Source: Eubacteriales bacterium
GTDB taxonomy: Bacteria; Bacillota; Clostridia; Oscillospirales; CAG-272
Reading direction: 5' to 3'
Length of the DNA: 54,075 bases
Assembly: GCA_045627885.1 (NCBI GenBank)
Contig: JAZQOM010000061.1
Location: forward strand, 1 to 54,075
In this document: piece by piece, positions 18,914-28,753 of the stretch
Layout of the letters: every line of letters starts with the position of its first letter
How positions within the stretch are numbered: position 1 is the stretch's first letter
The notes under the pieces: model-generated
The model's input: the letters and a program-made list of their open reading frames with translations, nothing else
The model's database searches: none
What the model was told of the DNA's origin: nothing
Translations under genes and position numbers: made by a program

Positions 18914-21133
18914 ATGTACGATGGCATTATTCTTGCGGGAGGCTACGGCAAAAGACTATATCCCGTAACCGACGGACTTCCGAAGCCGCTTGTCAATGTG
19001 GGAACGGAGCCGGTGATATTTCACGCGGTGAGAAAGCTTGCCGCCGCGGGCGTAAAAAACTGTGCGGTAACGCTTATGTATGAGGGCGAACAGATAAAAG
19101 AAAGACTCGGCAAAGAGTTTTCCGGCGTAAAGCTCGGCTATTTCACTGAGACAGAGCCGCTCGGAACCGCAGGCGGCGTAAAGCGTGCGGCGGAAAAGAC
19201 GGAAGGCGACAGCGTGATAGTCGTTTCGGGCGACGCGGTGTTCGACTTTGATATAAAGGAGCTTGTGCGCTTCCACGACGAAAGAAAAGCCGATGTGACC
19301 ATAGCGCTTTACGAGGCAAATGACCCCACGGAATTCGGCACGGTGACGGTAGACTCCGACGGCAGAGTGAAGAGCTTTTCCGAGAAAGCGCCGTGGAGCA
19401 GAACCGTCACGGGAAATGTCAACACGGGAATATATATCATAAAAAAGAGCGTTTTCGACCTCGTTCCGGACGGAAAGCCGTACGACTTCGCAAACGACCT
19501 GTTCCCGAAGCTTCTTTACGAGGACAAAAAGCTATACGCGACAAAGGCAAACGGCTATTGGTGCGATATCGGAAGCCTGCCGTCGCTTTTTGCCTGCAAT
19601 ATGGCGGTATTGCGCGATAAGACGGGCATAAGCGCGAAGAATACCGCTCCGTCGGGCGACGGAACGGTATGCGGCAGAACGCTTTTCGGCGAAAACTGCA
19701 TATTAAAGAGCGGCTCTACCGTGCGCGACAGCGTGCTCGGAAATTCCTGCACGGTCGGCGTCAATAGCGAAATAAAAAACACCGTCGCGTTTGACGGCGT
19801 GGAGATTGGCGACAACTGCATACTTGACGGAGTTATGCTTTCAAACGGAGCAAGCGTGCCGGACGGAACGGTTGCGACGGGATGTATTTTTGCAAGAGGA
19901 AAAAGACAGAGAGATATTTCATCCTCCGCCTACGGATATTATTTTTCCGACGACGGAATTAAAAACAGAGAAAAAGCCGACGGCGAAAAGCTGTACGCCT
20001 TCGGAGCGGCGCTTGCAAAGGCGCTCAGCTTCGGAAAAGTCGGCATAAGCCACGACGGAAGCGAAGAGGCGTCGGATTATGCACACTGTATTGCGCTTGC
20101 GGCGGCAGACGCGGGCTGCTCCGTCACATGGGAGTTCGGCAGAAGCTTTTCGGCGCAGGCGGCATTTGCGGCGTATTCTTTCGGACTCGGAGCATCGGTT
20201 TTCGTTTCCGCGCATAACGGCTCACCCGTAATAAAGCTCTACGACAGCAGCACCTATCCCGTGTGCGCCGACTTCGAGAGGGCGCTTCTTTCGGCGCTCC
20301 GCTCCGAGAAATTCCAAAAGGGAAGCGGCAAAACTCCTGTCAGAACGGCGGCGCTTTCACCGCGCTATACCGACGCATTGATAAAGAGCGTCTACGCGAC
20401 GGATATGAATGTATACAGCCTCGACGGAATAAGAGTAACCGTGTCAAGCTCGCCTGCGGCGTTCGCTTTGCGGAGCGCGCTTTCACTTCTTGACGCGGAG
20501 GTTTACACTGAAAAGAGCAAAAATCCCGACGAAAACGGAATGCAGGTCGATATCTCCGACGACGGCTTTGATATAAGCATCACGGCAAACGGCAAGACCT
20601 ACACCCGCTCTCGAATATGCTCCATACTTGCTTCCGACGCGGCGTACAGGGGAGAGTTCGACATTTCCGCAAGCTACGAAAGACTGCCCGAATTCGAGTG
20701 GGCGGACGACCGACTGAGAATAGAAAAATTCGCATCCACTCCCGCAACGCGCAGAGAGGCGCTTGCCCGCTTCGGAGCAAGGCGGAGCCTATGGATAAGC
20801 GACGCCGCATTTACCTTTATGAGACTTGCCGCCGTAATGAAATCGAGAGATGCGGATATCGAAAAGCTTGCGTCGCTCTGCCGCACGGTCACCCGCAGAG
20901 AGATGGTAATACCCTGCAAAAACGGAAAGACTGTCATAATGGACACACTCATAAAAGAGGGCGGCACGGACGGCGGAGAGGGCGTTGTGATAAAAAACGG
21001 CACAAATGCGCGCGCCAATATTATATGCAACAGAGCGGAGAGCCTTAGAATAATCAGCTACGCCACATCTGCGGAAGCGGCGGATGAGCTCATATACAAG
21101 GTAAAAAAACGAATAGAAAATATGGAAAAATAA
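18914..21133 (+). CDS. Sugar-phosphate nucleotidyltransferase (mannose-1-P guanylyltransferase-like) + hexapeptide repeats + degenerate phosphomannomutase-like region
   Basis: ILAGGYGKRLYP, EPLGTAGGV, FSEK, GYWCDIG; left-handed beta-helix repeats; PMM-like C-terminal half. Confidence 0.82.
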   Translation: MYDGIILAGGYGKRLYPVTDGLPKPLVNVGTEPVIFHAVRKLAAAGVKNCAVTLMYEGEQIKERLGKEFSGVKLGYFTETEPLGTAGGVKRAAEKTEGDSVIVVSGDAVFDFDIKELVRFHDERKADVTIALYEANDPTEFGTVTVDSDGRVKSFSEKAPWSRTVTGNVNTGIYIIKKSVFDLVPDGKPYDFANDLFPKLLYEDKKLYATKANGYWCDIGSLPSLFACNMAVLRDKTGISAKNTAPSGDGTVCGRTLFGENCILKSGSTVRDSVLGNSCTVGVNSEIKNTVAFDGVEIGDNCILDGVMLSNGASVPDGTVATGCIFARGKRQRDISSSAYGYYFSDDGIKNREKADGEKLYAFGAALAKALSFGKVGISHDGSEEASDYAHCIALAAADAGCSVTWEFGRSFSAQAAFAAYSFGLGASVFVSAHNGSPVIKLYDSSTYPVCADFERALLSALRSEKFQKGSGKTPVRTAALSPRYTDALIKSVYATDMNVYSLDGIRVTVSSSPAAFALRSALSLLDAEVYTEKSKNPDENGMQVDISDDGFDISITANGKTYTRSRICSILASDAAYRGEFDISASYERLPEFEWADDRLRIEKFASTPATRREALARFGARRSLWISDAAFTFMRLAAVMKSRDADIEKLASLCRTVTRREMVIPCKNGKTVIMDTLIKEGGTDGGEGVVIKNGTNARANIICNRAESLRIISYATSAEAADELIYKVKKRIENMEK

Positions 21134-21161
21134 AAAATTCAAGTTTTTTATGCGGTATGTA

Positions 21162-21190
21162 TTGCCAAAAAAACAGCTTTGTGCTATAAT
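21162..21190 (+). promoter_or_regulatory. SigA promoter of the ymfF...mrnC operon
   Basis: TTGCCA-N17-TATAAT with an extended TG. Confidence 0.7.
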
Positions 21191-21244
21191 AATTACAGCG
21201 AATTTTATCACAGATGAAAGATAAATCGAAAGGATGACAAAAAG

Positions 21245-22534
21245 GTGCAAACAACTCGTATCGAGATAGGAGACGGCGTCAATTTCTGTGCCGTCGGAAC
21301 GCAAAAATTCAAGCACGCGGTGTTAAGCATTGGCTTTACCGCAAAGCTCACTCCGGAGAACGCGGCGATGAACTCACTGCTTGTCGCAGTGCTCACAAAG
21401 AGCTGCGCGAGATTCCCCAAGATGGAGGATTTCAACAGAGAGCTTGACAGACTGTATGCGGCAAGCATAAACGGAAATTCGAGAAAGTGCGGCGAGGTAC
21501 ATCTTTCAATGATAGATGCCTCCGTTTTACGCAATAAGTATGTTCCGGACGGCGAGGATATAGAGGCACAGATGACGGAGCTTCTGCTCGATGTCGTGTT
21601 TGCCCCCGCCCTGAAGGACGGAGTATTCGATGCCGCGATAGTCGAGAGCGAGAAGAAGAATCTTATTGATACGATACGGGCATCCTCCAACAATAAGGAC
21701 GGCTACGCCGTTCGTCGTTGCGGCGAGGTGATGTGCGAAAACGAGCGATATTCGACCTATATCTACGGAAGCGAGGAGGAGGTCGAAAAGATTACGACGG
21801 AAGCGCTCACCGAAGCGTATTACAGAGCGTTGCTTTCCTCAAAGTTTGAGATTTACTATGTCGGAGACTATGATGCCGCGGCACTTTCGGAGAAGTTCAA
21901 GGCAAGGTTTGAAAGCGTAAAGCGCAACCTTTCCATTGATGTTCCGTCCACCAAGGTCAAGAAGAAGGTAACCGGCGAAGTAAGAGAGTACACCGAGCAT
22001 CAGTCCATAACACAGGCAAAGCTTTCGCTCGGATTCAGACTCGGCAGGTCGCTTGCAGACCGAAACTTTGCGGCAATATCGCTGTTTTCGGAAATATACG
22101 GCGGTTGCGTTACAAGCAAGCTCTTTACGAATGTGAGAGAAAAGCTTTCGCTATGCTATTATTGCACCCCCGTTGTCGAATCCATAAAGGGCATAATGAT
22201 AGTTGCCAGCGCAATAGACCCTGCAAACAAAGAAAAGGCGCAGGCGGAGATACTTGCACAGCTCGACGCGATAAAGAACGGCGATATCAGCGACGAGGAA
22301 TTCAAATCGGCAAAGGACAGCCTCATCAATAAATATAAAGAGACGGAAGACAGCGCCATGGCGATAATAAGATGGTATTACACAAGGTCAATACTCGGCT
22401 TTGTGGATTCACCGGCGCTTGCTTCCATGGCTATATCATACCTCACGAAGCCGCAGGTAATAGAAGCCGCACAGGATGTTATGCTTGATACGGTATATCT
22501 GCTTACGGGTATGGACGGAAAGGATGTGGAGTAA
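21245..22534 (+). CDS. ymfF: M16 peptidase-like protein, non-catalytic subunit (YmfF family)
   Basis: SKLFTNVREKLSLCYY; no HxxEH motif; paired with the next gene. Confidence 0.8.
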   Translation: MQTTRIEIGDGVNFCAVGTQKFKHAVLSIGFTAKLTPENAAMNSLLVAVLTKSCARFPKMEDFNRELDRLYAASINGNSRKCGEVHLSMIDASVLRNKYVPDGEDIEAQMTELLLDVVFAPALKDGVFDAAIVESEKKNLIDTIRASSNNKDGYAVRRCGEVMCENERYSTYIYGSEEEVEKITTEALTEAYYRALLSSKFEIYYVGDYDAAALSEKFKARFESVKRNLSIDVPSTKVKKKVTGEVREYTEHQSITQAKLSLGFRLGRSLADRNFAAISLFSEIYGGCVTSKLFTNVREKLSLCYYCTPVVESIKGIMIVASAIDPANKEKAQAEILAQLDAIKNGDISDEEFKSAKDSLINKYKETEDSAMAIIRWYYTRSILGFVDSPALASMAISYLTKPQVIEAAQDVMLDTVYLLTGMDGKDVE

Positions 22535-23833
22535 ATGGCAGACAAGATAAGCACTGTTTACAACGAAGCCATAGACGAGGGCTACACCAAAATAAAGCAC
22601 AAGAGCGGACTTGACATCTATATAATCCCCAAAGACCACAGCACATCGTTTGCGTATTTTGCGACAAAGTACGGCTCATGTATGACGAAGTTTAAGCTTG
22701 AGGGCGAAAAGAGCTTTACGCAGATACCCGACGGCACGGCTCATTTTATGGAACACAAGATGTTCGAGAGCGAGGACGGAGAAGACACCTTTGCCAAATA
22801 CGCACGCTTCGGCGGCAACGCCAACGCCTACACATCGGGCGACAGAACGGCATACCTTTTCTCCTGCACATCGAATGAGCACGAAAATCTCCGCGTGCTT
22901 TTGGAGCAAGTCACAAAGCCGTATTTCACTGCCGAAAATATCGCAAAAGAGCAGGGCATCATAGGCGAGGAGATTCGTATGTATGACGATGACCCCAACT
23001 GGAAATGCTATTTCGGCGCGCTTCAGGGAATGTATAAGTCAAATCCGGTTCGCATAGATACAGCAGGCACGGAGGAGAGCATCGGAACGCTTAATCCCGA
23101 GATTCTCTACAAGTGCTATAACACCTTCTACGATGTATCTAATATGTGCCTCATACTCTGCGGCAAATTTGATAAGGATAAGGTTATCGCGCTTGCCGAC
23201 GAGATAATACCCAAGTCAAAAAAGCCCGTCGTCGAGCTTGCACCGTACACCGAGCCCGTCAAGGCAAACAGAAAAAAGACCGAAACCTCACTTGATGTCG
23301 CAAGACCGTTGTTTATGATAGGAATAAAGGATTCCAATCCCGACAATACGGGTAAGGCGGCGCTCAAAAAAGAGGTCACGACGGCGATTCTTGAGGAATG
23401 TCTTTTCGGCATAGGAAGCGAATTCTACTGCAAAAACTACGCAAGCGGACTCATCGGCGACTCATTCAGTGCCGAATTTGAGACAAGCTACAGCTTTTCT
23501 CACCTCATAATAAACGGAGATTCCGACAATCCCGACGCGGTATTGAAAGCGGTAAAGGAGCTTATGGCAAAGACCGCGCAAAAGGGCGTGTCCAAGGCTG
23601 ACTTTGAGAGATGCAAACGCGTCGTATATGCAAAGAGCATCGTCGCGTACGAGAACACGGAGAGCGCGGCAAGCTGTATGCTCAACGCGGTGCTCACGGG
23701 ATACGATATGCTCGATATTCCCAAAGCCGTGTTCGCAGTTAAGCTTGCCGATGTAAACGCGAGGGCAAAAGAACTTTTTGTCGAAGACGCCGTTTCAATG
23801 AGCGTCGTAAAACCCATTAATAAACAGAGGTGA
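22535..23833 (+). CDS. ymfH: M16 zinc peptidase (YmfH family)
   Basis: PDGTAHFMEHKMFE, NAYTS, KEQGIIGEEI. Confidence 0.88.
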   Translation: MADKISTVYNEAIDEGYTKIKHKSGLDIYIIPKDHSTSFAYFATKYGSCMTKFKLEGEKSFTQIPDGTAHFMEHKMFESEDGEDTFAKYARFGGNANAYTSGDRTAYLFSCTSNEHENLRVLLEQVTKPYFTAENIAKEQGIIGEEIRMYDDDPNWKCYFGALQGMYKSNPVRIDTAGTEESIGTLNPEILYKCYNTFYDVSNMCLILCGKFDKDKVIALADEIIPKSKKPVVELAPYTEPVKANRKKTETSLDVARPLFMIGIKDSNPDNTGKAALKKEVTTAILEECLFGIGSEFYCKNYASGLIGDSFSAEFETSYSFSHLIINGDSDNPDAVLKAVKELMAKTAQKGVSKADFERCKRVVYAKSIVAYENTESAASCMLNAVLTGYDMLDIPKAVFAVKLADVNARAKELFVEDAVSMSVVKPINKQR

Positions 23834-23838
23834 ATGGT

Positions 23839-24723
23839 ATGAAAATATCGTTTCCCGGACTCGGAATAGGCGAATTCGAGCTAAACCGCGTAGCCATTCC
23901 GGATTTATTCGGCAAGGATATATATTGGTATGGCGTCATAATCTGCATAGGACTTATACTTGCGCTTATATACGGAATCGCAAACTGCAAAAGCTCCGGA
24001 ATAACACAGGACGATTTTCTAGATATCGCCATATTCACAATACCGTTTGCCGTCATATCGGCAAGACTGTTCTATGTTCTCACCGATTCCGTAAAGCAGA
24101 AGAGCTTTATTGAGGTTATCGCGATATGGGACGGCGGCATCTCGATACTCGGCAGTATAATCGGCGGCTTGATTACGATAGCCGTTGTCTGCCTTATAAA
24201 GAAAAAGAACTTCCTCAATTCCTGCGACCTTATCTGCCGTTGCCTCATAATCGGTCAGATTATAGGCAGAATCGGCAACTTCATCAATGTCGAGGTTTAC
24301 GGAATCGAGACCACTCTCCCGTGGGGAATGTACATAGTGCAGCTTGATAAGACCGTGCACCCGCTGTTTTTATACGAAATGCTGTGGAATACGGTCGGCT
24401 TTGTGCTTCTTGTAATACTTGCAAAGCGCAAAAAATTCAACGGTCAGGTGTTCTTCACTTATACCGCGTGGTATGGCTTCGGCAGAGGATTTCTCGAGCT
24501 TTTGCGCGACAGAGAATATGTTCTCGGCTCACCGGACAACAAGATATACATTTCGTCCATCATAGCATTTTCCGCATTTGTCGTATCGGTGATAATGCTT
24601 GTCGTGCTCGGCAAAAAGAATAAGCAAAAGCTTGCGGACAAAGAGTATTCGCCCGTCTTTTCGGAGGAAAATTCGGAAAAATCGGAGGAAGAAAATACAG
24701 AAAAAGCGGAGGAAGTCGAATAA
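23839..24723 (+). CDS. lgt: Prolipoprotein diacylglyceryl transferase
   Basis: IYWYG, ARLFYV, IWDGG, GRIGNFINVEVYG, HPLFLYE. ATG 23839 follows GAGGTG; GTG 23830 is an alternative start. Confidence 0.93.
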   Translation: MKISFPGLGIGEFELNRVAIPDLFGKDIYWYGVIICIGLILALIYGIANCKSSGITQDDFLDIAIFTIPFAVISARLFYVLTDSVKQKSFIEVIAIWDGGISILGSIIGGLITIAVVCLIKKKNFLNSCDLICRCLIIGQIIGRIGNFINVEVYGIETTLPWGMYIVQLDKTVHPLFLYEMLWNTVGFVLLVILAKRKKFNGQVFFTYTAWYGFGRGFLELLRDREYVLGSPDNKIYISSIIAFSAFVVSVIMLVVLGKKNKQKLADKEYSPVFSEENSEKSEEENTEKAEEVE

Positions 24724-24724
24724 T

Positions 24725-25576
24725 ATGGCAACGCTGATTGACGGAAAACTTGTTTCCGCATCCGTGCGGGAACGCATAGCAAAAGAAGCGGCAGAGCTCA
24801 CCGCGGAAGGAAGAACTCCCGGACTTGCCGTAGTGCTTGTGGGAGAGGACCCCGCATCGCAGGTATATGTAAAGAATAAGAAAAAAGGTTGCGAGCAGAC
24901 GGGAATCAAGTCATTTGAATACGACCTTCCCGCAACGGCAACGGAGCAAGAGCTTACAGCACTTGTCGAAGAGCTGAATACAAGGGACGATGTTGACGGC
25001 ATACTTGTTCAGCTTCCGTTGCCTAAAGGGCTTGACGAGAAAAAGGTTATAGCGAGCATAAATCCCGACAAGGATGTTGATGCGTTCCATGTCTCCAATG
25101 TCGGCAAGATACTTGTCGGAGAGGACGGCTTTGTTCCTTGCACCCCCGCGGGAATAATGGAGCTTCTCAAATTTTACGGAATATCATGCTCGGGCAAGGA
25201 ATGTGTAGTCGTCGGCAGGAGCAATATAGTCGGAAAGCCGATGGCGCTTTTGATGCTGCGCGATAACGGAACAGTCACCGTCTGCCATTCCAAGACGGCA
25301 GACCTTGCCGCGGTCACAAGGCGTGCGGATATACTTGTCTGCGCGATAGGCAAGCCCAAATTCATCACCGCCGATATGGTCAAGGAGGGCGCCGTCGTCG
25401 TCGATGTCGGAATGGACAGGGACGAAAACGGAAAGCTTTGCGGCGATGTCGATTTTGAAAATGTGGAAAAGAAAGCATCGTTCATCACACCGGTTCCCGG
25501 CGGAGTCGGGCCGATGACAATAACAATGCTTCTTGCGAATACCGTAAATGCGGCAAAGAAAAGAAAGGCAAAATAA
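24725..25576 (+). CDS. folD: Methylenetetrahydrofolate dehydrogenase/cyclohydrolase
   Basis: GILVQLPLP, KDVDAFH, PCTP, GRSNIVGKP, TPVPGGVGPMT. Start moved to ATG 24725. Confidence 0.96.
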   Translation: MATLIDGKLVSASVRERIAKEAAELTAEGRTPGLAVVLVGEDPASQVYVKNKKKGCEQTGIKSFEYDLPATATEQELTALVEELNTRDDVDGILVQLPLPKGLDEKKVIASINPDKDVDAFHVSNVGKILVGEDGFVPCTPAGIMELLKFYGISCSGKECVVVGRSNIVGKPMALLMLRDNGTVTVCHSKTADLAAVTRRADILVCAIGKPKFITADMVKEGAVVVDVGMDRDENGKLCGDVDFENVEKKASFITPVPGGVGPMTITMLLANTVNAAKKRKAK

Positions 25577-25577
25577 A

Positions 25578-26177
25578 ATGAAAAAAATACTCAATGTTCC
25601 GAATGTACTCACGATACTGCGTGTCGTACTTGTTCCCGTGTTTATAGTTTTTGCGCTCTATAAGATAGTTGCAGAGCCCTGGAATTACATAGCACTTGCG
25701 GCTATATTCGCAATAACCGCTCTTACCGATATGTTTGACGGCAAGATAGCGAGAAAGTACAACTTAATCACAAACTTCGGCAAATTTATGGATGCGCTTG
25801 CCGATAAATTTATGATATATTCCGCGTATATCGCGCTTGCGATTTTCTATTTTGAAAAAGAACCGCTTGTTTCGAGACTTCTTATATGGCTCACGGCGGT
25901 AATTGTTCTGCGTGACCTAGTAATAAACGGAATAAGAATGCTTGCCGCATCTTCAAACGGAACGGTAATAGCCGCGCAGTTTTCCGGCAAGGCGAAGACG
26001 ATGACACAGTCGCTCTGCGTTGTCGTTATGCTTGCAGAATCATTCCTTGCGCATTATATCGAATTTTTCGAGCTCAATATATTCACATATATCGGACTTG
26101 CGGCAACACTTGCCGCAACGATATGGTCGGGCATCGACTACATACACAGCTACAGCAAATTCATAGATTTCAACTGA
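25578..26177 (+). CDS. pgsA: CDP-diacylglycerol--glycerol-3-phosphate 3-phosphatidyltransferase
   Basis: NVPNVLTILR and the CDP-alcohol motif TDMFDGKIARKYNLITNFGKFMDALADK. Confidence 0.9.
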   Translation: MKKILNVPNVLTILRVVLVPVFIVFALYKIVAEPWNYIALAAIFAITALTDMFDGKIARKYNLITNFGKFMDALADKFMIYSAYIALAIFYFEKEPLVSRLLIWLTAVIVLRDLVINGIRMLAASSNGTVIAAQFSGKAKTMTQSLCVVVMLAESFLAHYIEFFELNIFTYIGLAATLAATIWSGIDYIHSYSKFIDFN

Positions 26178-26193
26178 AAAAGGACAGCACAAA

Positions 26194-27642
26194 ATGTATC
26201 TATACAACACACTTACAAGAAAAAGAGAAGAATTCGTGCCGTATGAGCAGGGCAAGGTCAAGCTTTACACCTGCGGCCCGACGGTATATCATTTTGCCCA
26301 TATCGGCAACCTTCGCTCCTACATAATGGAGGATGTGCTCGAAAAGGCGCTCCGCTACGACGGCTACGATGTAAAAAGAGTAATGAACATCACCGATGTC
26401 GGACATCTTTCAAGCGATGCCGATACCGGAGAGGACAAGATGCTCAAGGGAGCAAAAAGAGAGCATAAAACGGTAATGGAGATAGCAAAATTCTACACCG
26501 ATGCTTTCTTTTCGGACTGCGAAAAGCTCAATATAAAGCGTCCCGATGTTGTAGAGCCTGCCACAAACTGCATTTCCGAGTTTATAGAGATGATACAAAA
26601 GCTCATCGAAAAAGGCTACGCATATCTTGCGGGCGGCAATGTATATTTCGACACCTCAAAATTAAAAGAATACTATGTATTCGGCAATATGGAGAGCGAA
26701 GACCTTGCCGTCGGTGTAAGAGAGGGCGTTGACGAGGACGGCAACAAGAAAAACAAGAGCGACTTCGTTCTGTGGTTTACGAAGTCGAAATTCGAAGACC
26801 AGGAGCTCAAGTGGGAAAGCCCGTGGGGAGTCGGTTACCCCGGCTGGCATATCGAATGCTCCGCCATAAGCATAAAGCACCTCGGCGAATACCTTGATAT
26901 CCACTGCGGCGGCATAGACAATGCTTTTCCGCATCACACAAACGAGATTGCACAGAGCGAATCCTATCTTTCGCATCATTGGTGCAACTATTGGTTCCAT
27001 GTTCTTCACCTCAATATAAACGGCGGCAAGATGAGTAAATCCTCGGGCGAATTCTTAACGGTTTCGCTTTTAGAGCAAAAGGGATATAACCCGCTTGTAT
27101 ACAGATTCTTCTGCTTGCAATCGCATTACCGCAAGCTGCTTTCGTTCAGCTTTGAAGCGCTTGATAACGCGGCGGTAAGCTACAATAAGCTTGTCGCAAA
27201 GATTGCGGCACTTGACAAGGACGACAAATCTCCGATAGACGAAGCGGCAAAGAATGCGCTTACGGCAAAATTCAAAGAGGCGATAGACAACGATATCAAC
27301 ACATCGCTTGCGTTGACCGCGCTCTATGATGTTCTCAAATACAACACAAATGACGCGACAAAGCTTTGCTGCATCGCGGATTTTGAAAGAGTGCTTTCGC
27401 TCGGACTTCTTGCCGCGGCGGATAAAAAGAGAGAGGAAGACAAAAAGCCGAAGGAAAGCCCCGTTCCCGAGGGCGCGAGCCCCGAACTTGCGGCAAAGGT
27501 TGCTCAGCTCATAAATGAGAGGGCACAAGCCAAGAAAGCGAAGAACTTTGCAAGAGCCGACGAGATAAGAGACACTCTTAAGGCGCAGGGTGTAACACTC
27601 ATCGACACGCCAAACGGAGTACAATGGAAGCTCGACCGATGA
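26194..27642 (+). CDS. cysS: Cysteine--tRNA ligase
   Basis: CGPTVY, HIGN, PGWHIECS, HHTNE, KMSKS. Confidence 0.97.
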   Translation: MYLYNTLTRKREEFVPYEQGKVKLYTCGPTVYHFAHIGNLRSYIMEDVLEKALRYDGYDVKRVMNITDVGHLSSDADTGEDKMLKGAKREHKTVMEIAKFYTDAFFSDCEKLNIKRPDVVEPATNCISEFIEMIQKLIEKGYAYLAGGNVYFDTSKLKEYYVFGNMESEDLAVGVREGVDEDGNKKNKSDFVLWFTKSKFEDQELKWESPWGVGYPGWHIECSAISIKHLGEYLDIHCGGIDNAFPHHTNEIAQSESYLSHHWCNYWFHVLHLNINGGKMSKSSGEFLTVSLLEQKGYNPLVYRFFCLQSHYRKLLSFSFEALDNAAVSYNKLVAKIAALDKDDKSPIDEAAKNALTAKFKEAIDNDINTSLALTALYDVLKYNTNDATKLCCIADFERVLSLGLLAAADKKREEDKKPKESPVPEGASPELAAKVAQLINERAQAKKAKNFARADEIRDTLKAQGVTLIDTPNGVQWKLDR

Positions 27643-28010
27643 ACGCGCCGCTTGAGCTTGCCTATCTCGGTGACAGCGTTTATGAGACGGCGATTCGCGC
27701 AAAGCTTGTAAAGGAAAGCTCACTTTCGAGCAAGGAGTACAACATAAGAGCCTTTTCGCTTGTAAACGCATCCGCGCAGGCGAAGGGAGTAAAGATAATC
27801 GAGCCGCTTCTTTCGGAAGAAGAAGCCGATGTTTTGAGGAGAGGCAGAAACGCCAAGGGCGGAAATGTCCCGAAGAAAGCGACCGTGGCGGAATATCGCG
27901 CGGCGACGGGACTTGAGAGCCTTATGGGATACCTCTACCTCGCAGGTAAGACCGAACGCATAGCCGAGCTTGCAGAGATAATCGTATCGGGTATAGAATC
28001 GGCGGAATAG
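27639..28010 (+). CDS. mrnC: Mini-ribonuclease III
   Basis: LAYLGDSVYE, RRGRNAK, YRAATGLESLMGYLYL; ATGA overlap with cysS. Confidence 0.92.
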   Translation: MNAPLELAYLGDSVYETAIRAKLVKESSLSSKEYNIRAFSLVNASAQAKGVKIIEPLLSEEEADVLRRGRNAKGGNVPKKATVAEYRAATGLESLMGYLYLAGKTERIAELAEIIVSGIESAE

Positions 28011-28020
28011 CGAGGCGAAA

Positions 28021-28704
28021 ATGTGCACGAGCATTATCTCAAACAGAAAAAAGACAATAGTAGGCTGGAATCTTGACATTCTCGATATGGAGTACCGCGT
28101 AACGGAATCGAGCCACGGCGTTTTTATTGAGATAAATGACGCAAAAGAGGGATATATGCCGCTTTTCGGAGTAAATAACAGAGGTGACTTCGTCGGTATG
28201 CCGACCTGCTGGCCGTATGACACAAGAAGCGAGCCCGACGGCAAAAAAGAGAATATCATAATGCTGGATATCGACCTGCTTACGAAAAAAAGAACATTCG
28301 AGCAGATAAGAGCGGTTGCCGAATCGGGCGATGTATGCAGCGTTGAGGGAATTACATTTATGTCGGCACTTTCCGATAAAGACGGAAATGTTCTGCATAT
28401 TGTGCCCGGGCAAGGAGCAAGCTATTACAAAAAGCCTATGTATAAGGTGCTCACAAACTTTTCTCCGTATAAAGGGGACAGCGAAAAGCATTCGTGGATG
28501 GGGCTTGACAGATATAATACCGCGCAAAAAATGCTTCAATCCGCATCCGACGATTTTGATGTAAGCGATTGCTTTGCCGTCTTAAAAGCGACTTCGCAGG
28601 AGATATGCCCCACGGTAGTATCAATGGTGTTCGATGCAAGCAGAATGAAAGTGTATTGGTGCGAAAACAGAAATTGGGACACGGTACACGAAAGAACATT
28701 TTGA
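28021..28704 (+). CDS. Hypothetical protein, probable Ntn-hydrolase fold (N-terminal Cys)
   Basis: Begins M-C-T-S-I-I; VGWNLD, FGVNNRG, LTNF and DRY resemble C45/C59-like amidases. Confidence 0.55.
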   Translation: MCTSIISNRKKTIVGWNLDILDMEYRVTESSHGVFIEINDAKEGYMPLFGVNNRGDFVGMPTCWPYDTRSEPDGKKENIIMLDIDLLTKKRTFEQIRAVAESGDVCSVEGITFMSALSDKDGNVLHIVPGQGASYYKKPMYKVLTNFSPYKGDSEKHSWMGLDRYNTAQKMLQSASDDFDVSDCFAVLKATSQEICPTVVSMVFDASRMKVYWCENRNWDTVHERTF

Positions 28705-28706
28705 AT

Positions 28707-28741
28707 AAAAAAATTCGCAGACTTTTGTCTGCGAATTTTTT
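28707..28741. terminator. Bidirectional terminator
   Basis: AAAAAATTCGCAGAC-TTTT-GTCTGCGAATTTTTT. Confidence 0.85.
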
Positions 28742-28753
28742 ATGTGCTTTATT

